Assembly (NCBI GenBank): GCA_029861865.1
Contig: JAOTYL010000016.1
Span: 15,633 to 79,632 of the forward strand
Origin: Myxococcales bacterium
Lineage (GTDB): Bacteria > Myxococcota_A > Polyangia > Polyangiales > Houyiibacteriaceae
DNA: 64,000 bases
Direction of reading: 5' to 3'
Position 1 is the first letter of the stretch. Every line of letters begins with the position of its first letter. The notes beneath the pieces were generated by a model that saw only the letters and a list, made by a program, of their open reading frames with translations, was not told the origin of the DNA and did no database searches. A program made the position numbers and the translations under genes. Of this stretch, positions 27,067-35,877 are shown piece after piece.

Positions 27067-28893
27067 ATGACCCTTCAAGGAACGATGCTCTCGAACATCG
27101 AGCGCTGGGCGAAGACTAAAGGTAACGCGAATGCGCTTTACGACCTGAACGCCGACGGCACGTGGAAGAGCACGACGTGGGCAGAGGTTTGGGCGGACGT
27201 TCGGCGAGTCGGCAAGGGACTGATTTCTCTCGGCTTCGAGCCCGGGGGCTGCGTCGCGATCGTCGGCAAGAACCGACCTGACTGGGTGATCTGCCAACAC
27301 GGCATCAATGCGGCCCAAGGGATCCCAGCACCGCTCTATACCACGCTCCTCCCCGATCAAATGGCCTACATCATCGACAACGCGCAAGCAAAAATCGTCA
27401 TCTGCGACGAGCAAGACCAGCTCGACAAGTACCTGACCATCGCAAATCGCGACAGCACGATCGAGCACATCATCACGATGGACGACCTCGGATCAAACGA
27501 TCCGCGTGTCCATACGCTAGCGGAGTTGATGAAGCTCGGGGATGCCGTGGACGATTCGGCGCTCGACACACGGCTTGCTGCGGTCGACCAAGACGACGTC
27601 GCATTGCTCATCTATACCTCTGGAACCACTGGGCTTCCCAAAGGGGCCATGCTGACCCATCGCGGGATCGAGCTCATCGGCAACGCGGTCAAGGCCGTGT
27701 TTCCGACACTCGTCGAGCGCGAAACGCGCTACGTGAGCTATCTCCCGTTGTGCCATGCCGCCGAGCAAGGGATGCTCAATTTTTCCGGGCTTACAATCGG
27801 TTGTGAGGCCTATTTCTGCCGCGACCTCACGCAGATCAAGGACTACCTGGTCAAGGTACACCCCACGATGTTCCTCGCCGTGCCGCGGGTGTGGGAGAAG
27901 TTCGAAGCTGCGCTTCGCGGGAAGATGGCAGAGGCCACCGGCATCAAAGCGAAGCTGGCCAGCTGGGCCAGGGAAACCGAGCTGGCCGCGTTCAAGCGAG
28001 AGTCGGCCACGGGACGTCCGGTTTCGACCTTTTCGCGTCGGCTCGCCAACAAGCTCGTCATTTCCAAGATCAAAGAGGCGCTTGGACTGGACGCCTTGGA
28101 CATCGCGGTGAGTGGCGCGGCGCCGATTTCGACGTCGACGCTCGAGTTCTTTGCGTCGATCGGCATTCCGATTCACGAGGGATACGGCATGACGGAGACG
28201 ACGGCGTTCGCCTCGGTGCAGCCGTACCTCGAACCCAGGTTTGGCACGATCGGCAGGCCCCTCCCGGGCGTCGAGGTGAAGATCGCGGATGATGGTGAAA
28301 TCCTGCTCAGGGGTGAGAACATGGTGAAGGGCTACTTCCGGCTTCCCGACAAGACCGCGGAGCTTTACACGCAAGACGGTTGGCTGCAGACCGGGGATCT
28401 CGGCCGCATCGACGATCAGGGCTTCATTTCGATCACGGGTCGAAAGAAGGATCTGATCATCACGGCGGGGGGAAAGAATGTCGCCCCAGCCGAGATGGAA
28501 GGGTACCTGCAGGCGATTCCCGGTATTGGCCAGGCGGTGGTCGTGGGTGACCGGCAGCCATTTCTCTCAGCGCTCATCGTGCTCGACCCTGAGGCATTGC
28601 CAGCGCTCGAAGAGGCATCGGGCATTTCGGGCCTCGCCGACGTCGCGATCGCTGCGAAAAGCTCCGAGGTCAAGAGCTTCATCGAGGAACACATGCAAAA
28701 GGCTTGCAACGCCAAGGTAGCCCGGTATCAGACCATCAAGAAGATTCACATCTTGCCCACGGTCTTCAGCGTCGACGGCGGCGAGCTCACCCCCACGCTG
28801 AAGGTCAAGCGCAATGTCGTGAACGAGAAGTACGCAAAGGAAATCGCCTCGTTTTACGCGGGGGGAACTGTGCAGCAGCAGGCGAGGGCGTAG
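27067..28893 (+). CDS. long-chain fatty acid--CoA ligase (AMP-binding)
   Basis: YTSGTTGLPKG, SYLPLCH, EGYGMTE, TGDLG, ELTPTLK. Confidence 0.93.
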   Translation: MTLQGTMLSNIERWAKTKGNANALYDLNADGTWKSTTWAEVWADVRRVGKGLISLGFEPGGCVAIVGKNRPDWVICQHGINAAQGIPAPLYTTLLPDQMAYIIDNAQAKIVICDEQDQLDKYLTIANRDSTIEHIITMDDLGSNDPRVHTLAELMKLGDAVDDSALDTRLAAVDQDDVALLIYTSGTTGLPKGAMLTHRGIELIGNAVKAVFPTLVERETRYVSYLPLCHAAEQGMLNFSGLTIGCEAYFCRDLTQIKDYLVKVHPTMFLAVPRVWEKFEAALRGKMAEATGIKAKLASWARETELAAFKRESATGRPVSTFSRRLANKLVISKIKEALGLDALDIAVSGAAPISTSTLEFFASIGIPIHEGYGMTETTAFASVQPYLEPRFGTIGRPLPGVEVKIADDGEILLRGENMVKGYFRLPDKTAELYTQDGWLQTGDLGRIDDQGFISITGRKKDLIITAGGKNVAPAEMEGYLQAIPGIGQAVVVGDRQPFLSALIVLDPEALPALEEASGISGLADVAIAAKSSEVKSFIEEHMQKACNAKVARYQTIKKIHILPTVFSVDGGELTPTLKVKRNVVNEKYAKEIASFYAGGTVQQQARA

Positions 28894-28896
28894 GGA

Positions 28897-29028
28897 CAGT
28901 GACAGCGACGGTGTCAGCGACAGTGTCAGTGTCAGTGACAGCGACAGTGCCAGTGTCAGCGACAGTGTCAGCGACAGTGTCAGCGACAGTGTCAGTGTCA
29001 GCGTCGGTGTCAGTGTCAGTGCCAGTGA
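28897..29028 (+). repeat. CAGYGN hexamer tandem array (22 units)
   Basis: Begins TAG-gga-cagtga right after the ligase stop codon. Confidence 0.92.
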
Positions 29029-29042
29029 GGGAGTAAGGCGTT

Positions 29043-29726
29043 ATGGCGAAGCCGGTTTGTGTGGTCATTGGAATCGGGCCGAAGAATGGACAGGCGTTTG
29101 CTTCTCGGTTTGCCAAAGAGGGGTACGCGGTCGCGCTTTTCTCCCGTTCGACCGATTACTCGAGCGGTCTCGCCAAGGAGCTTGGCGGCAAGGCCTACGC
29201 GTGCGACGTCACCGACCCAGCAGCGATCAAGAACGCCTTCGCCCAAGTGCGCAACGACCTCGGCGATGTCGATGTGCTGCTCTACAACGCGGGCTCCGGG
29301 CAGTTTGGCACGTTCGAAAACGTTCCGGATGAAGAATTCGAAAAAGGTTGGCAGATCAATGTGCGCGGGCTCCTGCAGAGCACCCGCGAGGTCGTCGGGT
29401 CGATGCGAGAGCGGGGAAAAGGCACCATCATCGTCACTGGCGCCACCGCGTCCCTTCGCGGAAAACCGTTTACCGCAGCCTTCGCATCGGCCAAAGCCGC
29501 CCAACGCAGCTTGGCTCAATCGTTTGCCCGCCAGCTAGGGCCCGAAGGGATCCACGTCGCGTTGGTGATCGTCGATGGCGGCATTGGCACCGACGAGCAG
29601 ACCGGCGACGAAGGCACTCACCTGCGACCAAGCGATATCGCCGAAACCGTGTACCACTTGGCAACGCAGCCCAAGTCGGCATGGTCCTTCGAGGTGGACG
29701 TTCGGCCCTTCAAAGAAACCTGGTAG
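29043..29726 (+). CDS. SDR family oxidoreductase
   Basis: VIGIGPKNG, YNAG, TGATASLRG, FASAK. Confidence 0.9.
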   Translation: MAKPVCVVIGIGPKNGQAFASRFAKEGYAVALFSRSTDYSSGLAKELGGKAYACDVTDPAAIKNAFAQVRNDLGDVDVLLYNAGSGQFGTFENVPDEEFEKGWQINVRGLLQSTREVVGSMRERGKGTIIVTGATASLRGKPFTAAFASAKAAQRSLAQSFARQLGPEGIHVALVIVDGGIGTDEQTGDEGTHLRPSDIAETVYHLATQPKSAWSFEVDVRPFKETW

Positions 29727-29801
29727 TGGAGCGGGTGAAGGGATTCGAACCCTCGGCCTCGACCTTGGGAAGGTCGCACTCTACCACTGAGTTACACCCG
29801 C
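29727..29801 (-). tRNA. tRNA-Gly (anticodon CCC), CCA encoded
   Basis: GCGGGTG acceptor stem, D-loop AGTGGTA, anticodon arm CGACC-TTCCCAA-GGTCG, GGTTCGAATCC, ends TCCA. Confidence 0.97.
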
Positions 29802-29813
29802 AAGTGGAAGCAA

Positions 29814-29842
29814 GAGGTAGCTTTGCCGGGTCCACCCGTCAA
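29814..29842 (-). promoter_or_regulatory. putative sigma-70 promoter for tRNA-Gly
   Basis: Minus strand TTGACG-N17-TACCTC. Confidence 0.5.
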
Positions 29843-29859
29843 GCGAGGCCGTGCCAGCG

Positions 29860-29961
29860 CCGCTGGCACTGACACTGACACTGACACTGACGCTGACGCT
29901 GACGCTGGCACTGACACTGACACTGACGCTGACACTGACGCTGACACTGTCCCTGACTCTG
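29860..29961 (-). repeat. CAGYGN hexamer tandem array on the minus strand (15 units plus 2 degenerate)
   Basis: Plus strand acactg/acgctg/gcactg units; follows the SPFH gene stop. Confidence 0.9.
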
Positions 29962-29965
29962 CCCC

Positions 29966-30784
29966 CTAGCGTGTGTGGACGAGCGGCAAGCCGTTCGGGC
30001 CCACAGGAATGTACACCGTCGTGTGGTTCGGAGAGTTTGCCATCGTCCGCTGCGCCTCGATCGCTTCGTGTTGCAGGTAGTTCGCGGTCAGCGTTTCGTT
30101 GATGATCTTCTGCGCCGATGCGATTCCTTTGGCCTCCTCGATTCGAATCTCTGCATCGCGCTGGGCGATCTCTTTTTGGGTTGCCTTCTCCTCGAGCAAC
30201 TGCTTTGCCGCGAGCTTCTTTTCGACTGCCTGCGAAACGACCGGCGGATAATCGATGTTTCCAACGGCCAACCGGACCACCTCGAAGGGGGTCTTCTCGA
30301 GGTACGTATTGAGCGCAGTCTCTATCTTCTTAGCGATGGTTTCACGCTCCGCCTTGAGCTCTCGGCTCGCATACTCCTGAACGGATTCGCGAACGATCGT
30401 TCGAAACGGCTCTTTCAAGAAACGCAGGTACCAATTTCCGGCGCCAAACTGCTCGACGACAGCTTGGACCTGGCCTTGCTCGACCAGAAGGACGGCGTGG
30501 ACTCGGAAGGCCACGTTGAGATCGTCTTTAACGAGGATGCTGAACTCCTCGGTGTAGGTCGTCGGTCGTGTGTCGATGTTGATGATGCGGTTTCGAAAAG
30601 CGCTGATGCCGTAGTTGCCGGGTCCTTTGACTGCGCCACGAAACCCACCTTCACCGATCATCCGGGGGTCTTCGAAGACATAGCCTTCGTGTCCGGCTGG
30701 GGCGTGGGGATTGGTGCAGCCGGCTACTCCTAAGCCGGTTGAGATCAAAACCAGGGTAAAAAGGGCGATGATTGGGCCGCGCAT
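29966..30784 (-). CDS. SPFH/band 7/prohibitin-family lipoprotein
   Basis: VAGC lipobox, PAGHEGYV, AVEKKLAAKQ, EAKGIASAQ, LTANYLQHEAI; AAGGAGG RBS before ATG 30784. Confidence 0.88.
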   Translation of the reverse strand: MRGPIIALFTLVLISTGLGVAGCTNPHAPAGHEGYVFEDPRMIGEGGFRGAVKGPGNYGISAFRNRIINIDTRPTTYTEEFSILVKDDLNVAFRVHAVLLVEQGQVQAVVEQFGAGNWYLRFLKEPFRTIVRESVQEYASRELKAERETIAKKIETALNTYLEKTPFEVVRLAVGNIDYPPVVSQAVEKKLAAKQLLEEKATQKEIAQRDAEIRIEEAKGIASAQKIINETLTANYLQHEAIEAQRTMANSPNHTTVYIPVGPNGLPLVHTR

Positions 30785-30810
30785 GATGGCCTCCTTTATG
30801 GTATTCGTGT

Positions 30811-30890
30811 GATGTTTATATATAAGTATATACTCATATGTCGTCAATAATAATTCGCCATATTCATATACTTTTGTATATACTCGCACA
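30811..30890. promoter_or_regulatory. AT-rich divergent promoter/operator with repeated GTATATAC palindromes
   Basis: GTATATACTC at 30826-30835 and 30876-30885 (50 bp apart); TTATATATAA at 30816-30825. Confidence 0.6.
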
Positions 30891-30910
30891 CTAACCCGAG
30901 AGGAGGGGCG

Positions 30911-31204
30911 ATGACCGAGGCTTTTCGGCGAATCAGCTTGATGATTCGCGAAGACCAGCACGAGCAGCTCGCAGAGCTGGGCGTCAATATGAGCGGCCTG
31001 GTTCGAAGCCTGATCGACGATCATCTGAGCGAGTCGAAGATCACCCTTGCTGTCTCTTCGGAGACCGCCGACCTCTACCGGGAGATCGTTTCAAACACAG
31101 GTAGCACCGACGCAGACATCGAGCCTCATCTGCGAGCAGCGCTCAAGAGCATGCTGAAGGATCGCATCGCGCGCATGGAGAAGCTCCACCGAACGATCAA
31201 GTAG
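30911..31204 (+). CDS. small putative ribbon-helix-helix DNA-binding protein
   Basis: RISLMI strand then helix and NMSGLVRSLID; second strand-helix KITLAVS..TADLY; AGGAGG RBS. Confidence 0.65.
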   Translation: MTEAFRRISLMIREDQHEQLAELGVNMSGLVRSLIDDHLSESKITLAVSSETADLYREIVSNTGSTDADIEPHLRAALKSMLKDRIARMEKLHRTIK

Positions 31205-31207
31205 AAA

Positions 31208-31258
31208 CGTCAACCGGTGGCTCGGGGCGCGGCGCGGCACGGGACGGGCGCTCGAGAA
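31208..31258 (+). repeat. conserved leader preceding a hexamer array (copy 2)
   Basis: cgtcaaccggt-gg-ctcgg...cggcgc..gggacgggcg-ctcg-agaa(cagtg); aligns with 9690-9751. Confidence 0.65.
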
Positions 31259-31378
31259 CAGTGACAGTGACAGTGCCAGCGTCAGTGCCAGTGCCAGTGT
31301 CAGCGCCAGTGCCAGTGCCAGTGCCAGTGCCAGTGACAGCGCCAGTGTCAGTGACAGCGTCGGTGTCAGCGGCAGTGA
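31259..31378 (+). repeat. CAGYGN hexamer tandem array (20 units)
   Basis: 6-bp periodic array between two convergent stop codons. Confidence 0.92.
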
Positions 31379-31379
31379 G

Positions 31380-33314
31380 TCACCAGGGATCTATGCAGGG
31401 TCGCTTTTTGCCTTTGCGTCGCTCTGGCCTTGGCGCTGCTTGAAGGGCGCTCATGATCCACTTCCTCGAGTCGACGGGGTCGATCACTGCGTCGATTTCA
31501 AACTGTGCGGCCATGTTGATGGCCTTGCCCATGTCGTAGGCCATCGCGACCATGTTTTGGTAGGCCTGCTCGCGTTGCTTGGGGTCTTCGATCGCTTCGA
31601 GCTCCTTTCGATAGCCGAGCTTCACGGCCCCCTCGAGCCCCATTCCACCGAATTCGCCCGTGGGCCAAGCGACGGTGAAACGCGGCGCCTTGAAGCTGCC
31701 GCCGGCCATCGATTGAGCGCCTAGGCCATAGCCTTTCCGTACGACGATTGTGAAGAACGGGACATCGAGGCTCGCCCCGACGACGAACATACGGGCCGCG
31801 CGGCGAACCATCGCGGTGGCCTCGACCTCGGGGCCGACCATGAAACCCGGGGTGTCGCATAGAAACAAAAGAGGAATGTCGAACGCGTCGCAGAGCTGCA
31901 TGAAGCGGCTTGCTTTGTCGGCCGCGTCTCCGTCGATCGCACCGCCAAGATGGGTCGGGTCGTTGGCGATGATCCCGAGAGGCCGGCCCTCGACCCGCGT
32001 GAGCGCAACGACCATTGCAAGGCCAGAGCCTGAGCGAAGCTCCAGAACCGACCCGGTGTCGGCAAGGGTGTCGATCACGGTGCGGATGTCGTAGACGCGC
32101 AGCCGATTCTCGGGGATGAGCGTGCGCAAACGACGTTGGTCCGCGTGCTCCCAACTTTCGAGTGGGCCTTGAAAATACGAGAGGTACTTCTTTGCGGTGG
32201 CGACCGCTTCGGCCTCGTCTTCGGCGAGGATGTCGATGACTCCGTTTTCGAATTGGACGTCGGAGGGTCCAATCTCCTCGGGCTCGAATACGCCAAGACC
32301 GCCGCCTTCGATCATTGCGGGTCCGCCCATCCCGATGTTGGAGTCTTTCGTTGCGATCACGACATCGCAGCAGCCGAGCAGGGCGGCGTTTCCGGCAAAG
32401 CACCGGCCCGAGTTGATGCCCACCAGTGGTACCAAACCCGAGAGCTCCGCGAAATACTGAAAAGCCCGGCAGTCTAGACCGGCAACCTGAGTGCTATCCG
32501 TGTCTCCCGGCCTGCCACCACCACCTTCGGAAAAGAGCACGACCGGCAGTCGAAGCGTCTCTGCGAGCTCGAACATTCGATCTTTCTTGTAGTGGTTCAT
32601 CACGCCCTGCGTACCCGCCAACACGGTGTAGTCATACGACATCACGACGCAGCGGGTCTCGGCGTCTCCGAATAGGTTGCCGTTGACAGCACCGAGGCCT
32701 GCAACGAGCCCGTCCGCCGGGGTTCGAGCGATGAGATCTTGAACCGACCGACGCTGACGTTGTGCAGCGATGACCAGCGCCCCGTACTCGACGAATGTGC
32801 CCGCGTCGACCAAGTCCGTCACGTTTTCGCGCGCCGTGCGCTGGCCGGTCTTGCGTCGCCGCGCGACGGCTTCAGGACGGTTTGCGTCGAGCCCGATGTC
32901 ATGACGTGCCCTAACCGCGGCGAGGTCTTCTCGAATCTCGTCGAGGTCGATCTGGATATCCGCCGTATCCGCCTCGTCGATTGCTTCGCGTTCCTCCAAT
33001 TGGAGCAACACCTCTCCTTTGGCCACGGTCGCCCCTTCCTCGGTGGAAATCGACGAAACGACTCCCGCGCGGTCAGCAGCGACCACGTGTTCCATCTTCA
33101 TCGCTTCGAGGATCACCAACGACTGACCCTTTTTCACGACTTCCCCCTCAGAAACAGCGAACCGAACGACTACACTCTGCATGGGGGCGGTAACTCTGCG
33201 CATCGACGAAGGTTTGACCGAAGCTGGGCGAAGCGCCACGTCAACCGGTGAGCCAGGCCGGTTTGCCACCGATGGGGGCTTTTGTGCTGAGGCTACCGCT
33301 GGCTCCGCACGCAT
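31380..33314 (-). CDS. biotin carboxyl carrier + carboxyltransferase fusion (acyl-CoA carboxylase)
   Basis: EAMKME biotinyl motif, YDYTVLAGTQG, GMGGPAMIEGGG, CDTPGFMVG; start uncertain. Confidence 0.88.
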   Translation of the reverse strand: MRAEPAVASAQKPPSVANRPGSPVDVALRPASVKPSSMRRVTAPMQSVVVRFAVSEGEVVKKGQSLVILEAMKMEHVVAADRAGVVSSISTEEGATVAKGEVLLQLEEREAIDEADTADIQIDLDEIREDLAAVRARHDIGLDANRPEAVARRRKTGQRTARENVTDLVDAGTFVEYGALVIAAQRQRRSVQDLIARTPADGLVAGLGAVNGNLFGDAETRCVVMSYDYTVLAGTQGVMNHYKKDRMFELAETLRLPVVLFSEGGGGRPGDTDSTQVAGLDCRAFQYFAELSGLVPLVGINSGRCFAGNAALLGCCDVVIATKDSNIGMGGPAMIEGGGLGVFEPEEIGPSDVQFENGVIDILAEDEAEAVATAKKYLSYFQGPLESWEHADQRRLRTLIPENRLRVYDIRTVIDTLADTGSVLELRSGSGLAMVVALTRVEGRPLGIIANDPTHLGGAIDGDAADKASRFMQLCDAFDIPLLFLCDTPGFMVGPEVEATAMVRRAARMFVVGASLDVPFFTIVVRKGYGLGAQSMAGGSFKAPRFTVAWPTGEFGGMGLEGAVKLGYRKELEAIEDPKQREQAYQNMVAMAYDMGKAINMAAQFEIDAVIDPVDSRKWIMSALQAAPRPERRKGKKRPCIDPW

Positions 33315-33321
33315 AGGGTGT

Positions 33322-33339
33322 CAGCGCCAGTGCCAGTGT
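33322..33339 (+). repeat. short CAGYGN array (3 units)
   Basis: tagggtgt-cagcgc-cagtgc-cagtgt filling the short intergenic gap. Confidence 0.55.
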
Positions 33340-34295
33340 TACTCGGCGGTGGGTCTCTGGCCGTAGACTTTGGTCCGGACTGCTCTGGCGGCTTCGACGA
33401 TCCCTAGACCTCCACTGCTCAGCAGCTTGCCGTCGATCTCGATGATCCCCTCCCGCCCCTGCGCGCATGCGCTCAATTGATTCAGCGCAGACATGGCGCA
33501 GAGCTGCTCTCCTGTCCCAGTTCCTGTCACGATGAGCGGAGGGTTGAGCTTCAGCAGTTGCTCGAAACTGTAGTTGGGCCATCGGTCGTACTCGTCGGCC
33601 GCGATGTCTATGATACCGGCGTACGTCAAGACGTCGTGGTAGCTCGAGCCCATCGTGCCGCCATAGATGCGGTTGCCGACTACGGTCGCATAGATTCCGT
33701 GCTTTCGTTCCGTGGGAGGGATATCGCTGGCGATCACATCGAGGTCCTCTTCGAGTTGCAAGGCGAGCGCAGTGCCACGTGCGGGGTGGCCCACCAAGGT
33801 CGCGAGAGTCTCGATGTCGTCGAAGAGGCTGCTGAGCCCGTCGATCGAGCCAAAGTCGAACACGTGGATGCCGGCCTCTCGGAGTCGCTCGACGTGTCGC
33901 GGATCGGTGAGGTTGTGGGCGAGCACGAGGTCAGGATCGAGGGTCAAGATCTGCTCGATGTCGGTGACTAGCTCGATCGTGCCTTTGCCATGATACCGGT
34001 AGCTTCGGACGCCTTCGCGCTGGCTGTAGCCCGTGAAGGCGACGATGCGATCGGGCTCGCAAAGCTCGAGAAGAAGCTCGTCTGCGACGGGGCTCGCCGA
34101 GGCGATTCTTCGGTAGTCTTGGGGTCTGAAAACGACCCCGGAAGCATCTCGAACCGAAGGCCTGGCCGAATCCTCCGTTTCCTCGATGGTCGTGGACGCC
34201 TCCCCCCAGGGCACGATCCCGATCGCGAGGGCAAGCGCGCCGATCAGCGCGCCGAGGTTGATCAAGGCCGTCCGCACTATCCTGCGATATCGCAC
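33339..34295 (-). CDS. ABC transporter substrate-binding protein (BtuF/hemin/iron-chelate type)
   Basis: VRDASG, RIASASP..DELL, EQILTLDPDLVL, EQLLKLNP. Confidence 0.82.
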   Translation of the reverse strand: MRYRRIVRTALINLGALIGALALAIGIVPWGEASTTIEETEDSARPSVRDASGVVFRPQDYRRIASASPVADELLLELCEPDRIVAFTGYSQREGVRSYRYHGKGTIELVTDIEQILTLDPDLVLAHNLTDPRHVERLREAGIHVFDFGSIDGLSSLFDDIETLATLVGHPARGTALALQLEEDLDVIASDIPPTERKHGIYATVVGNRIYGGTMGSSYHDVLTYAGIIDIAADEYDRWPNYSFEQLLKLNPPLIVTGTGTGEQLCAMSALNQLSACAQGREGIIEIDGKLLSSGGLGIVEAARAVRTKVYGQRPTAE

Positions 34296-34363
34296 GGGAC
34301 GGCGGGATCAAGGCGGCGCCCAGCCACCTCTGCCAGTGATAGAATGTGCCCCCCGGAGGTCAC

Positions 34364-35029
34364 ATGGCGCATTGGAAGCATCGAGACGAAGCGAAGTGGA
34401 AGAACTTCGAGTTCAATCAGCCTTATGCGAAGGGCCTCAAGCGACTCAAGGAAGAGGTGCTCGCCAAGACCGACTTCGACCCGGCGACCCTGTGGCAGTG
34501 GGGGACTATGCAGGCGATGGCGCTCATCGAGATGCTCAAAGAGAACGAGCGTACGTTTGGCGAGGCTGGCCAGAAGGCGGCGTATCGAGCTCTTCGCAAG
34601 ACGGGCTACGACGTAGGGCGGCAGATCCTCGACGGCACGACCATTCCCGAGGACATGACCGACACGGAGTTCACGTCGTTCTACGCAACCGTGATCAACC
34701 GCATCGCGTACGCATCGCTCGAGGACCCGAAGATCGACCGCGAAGGCCAAGCAAGCTTTCACATCCTTTGGTGCCCACATCAGGATCATTACGAGGCGTT
34801 TGACTGCCGAGTACAACGGTATTTCGTGCAAGGCATGATCGATGCGGCCCAAGACCATGCCGACCGATTTGGATTCCAGGTTCGGTTCGATTCCACCATC
34901 CCTGCCGGTGCGGAGACCTGCCACTTCACGATGTGGGACGCGGATGATCAAGAGCGTGAGCAATGGGAGCTATTGACCGAGAAGCTGGAAAAGAAAGCAC
35001 TCCAAATCGTGCGAGACGAGCCTAGGTGA
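34364..35029 (+). CDS. hypothetical protein, V4R/ATC-hydrolase-like fold
   Basis: GGAGG RBS; WCP...DCR...TIPAGAETCHF Cys pattern resembling V4R/ATC hydrolase-like domains. Confidence 0.6.
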   Translation: MAHWKHRDEAKWKNFEFNQPYAKGLKRLKEEVLAKTDFDPATLWQWGTMQAMALIEMLKENERTFGEAGQKAAYRALRKTGYDVGRQILDGTTIPEDMTDTEFTSFYATVINRIAYASLEDPKIDREGQASFHILWCPHQDHYEAFDCRVQRYFVQGMIDAAQDHADRFGFQVRFDSTIPAGAETCHFTMWDADDQEREQWELLTEKLEKKALQIVRDEPR

Positions 35030-35131
35030 TAGCGCGGGGGCGGTGGGGCGGGACCAACTGAGGCCGCAGGCCGTCTAGGTGATAGCGCGGGGGCGGTGGG
35101 GCGGGACCAACTGAGGCTGCAGGCCGTCTAG
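35022..35131. repeat. 53-bp G-rich tandem duplication delimited by CTAG
   Basis: Units 35022-35074 and 35075-35127 differ at one base; CTAG at 35022, 35075 and 35128. Confidence 0.92.
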
Positions 35132-35877
35132 CCGGGCAGCCGAAAACTCAAAACGGTCTCTTCGTCCATTTCGACTCCGTACACGTCGCGGATCGGTTCG
35201 GCCGAGATCACGTCTGCCGTCACGCCTTGATGGGTCAGGCGGCCGTCTTTGAGCAAGATCGCTCGATCGGTGAATCGGGCTGCGTCGTCGAGCCGGTGGA
35301 GCACGGCGACGATGCAGTATCCGTTTGCTGCGAGCTCTCGCAGCAATTCATAGAACGAAAGCGCGTGACGGATGTCGAGCGATGCGGTGGGTTCGTCGAG
35401 CAGGATCAGCCTGGCTTCCGTGGCCAGCGCGCGAGCGAGCAAGACGCGACGTCGTTCGCCCCCGGAAAGCTGGGTGAACGACCGTTTTCGCAGGTGCGCG
35501 ATGTCAACCACTTCCATGGCGTGCTCGACTGCTGCATGGTGAGTGTGCCGGTCCGTGTGGAGGCTATACCGGGCTTGCTGCACGACGTGCTCGACCCTGA
35601 ATGGGCTAGCGAGCAACGATACCTGGGGCACGTACGCGATGAGTCGCACCCGATCGGATCGGTGCAGCTTGCGGAGATCCCGGCTTGCCACCTCGATTCG
35701 GCCCGCATGCGGAAGAAGTCCTGCGACCGCCTTGAGCAATGTCGTCTTGCCGGCGCCATTCGGACCCAGCACCGCAGTGATCATGCCGTACTGCGCCTGG
35801 AACGAAATATCGCGTAGCACTTGTCGCGCGCCGAGTGTCACTTGAACGTGCTCGGTTCGTACCGCGGACTCACCCAT
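35128..35877 (-). CDS. ABC transporter ATP-binding protein (BtuD/FecE type)
   Basis: GPNGAGKTT, LSGGE, LLDEPT. Confidence 0.93.
   Translation of the reverse strand: MGESAVRTEHVQVTLGARQVLRDISFQAQYGMITAVLGPNGAGKTTLLKAVAGLLPHAGRIEVASRDLRKLHRSDRVRLIAYVPQVSLLASPFRVEHVVQQARYSLHTDRHTHHAAVEHAMEVVDIAHLRKRSFTQLSGGERRRVLLARALATEARLILLDEPTASLDIRHALSFYELLRELAANGYCIVAVLHRLDDAARFTDRAILLKDGRLTHQGVTADVISAEPIRDVYGVEMDEETVLSFRLPG

Noticed and set aside
29727-31378. Integrative element at tRNA-Gly
   Set aside because: No integrase and no duplicated tRNA 3' end was noticed; the islet lies on the 5' side of the tRNA.
35022-35131. CRISPR array
   Set aside because: Two abutting 53-bp units with no spacers and no cas genes; the hexamer arrays also lack spacers.
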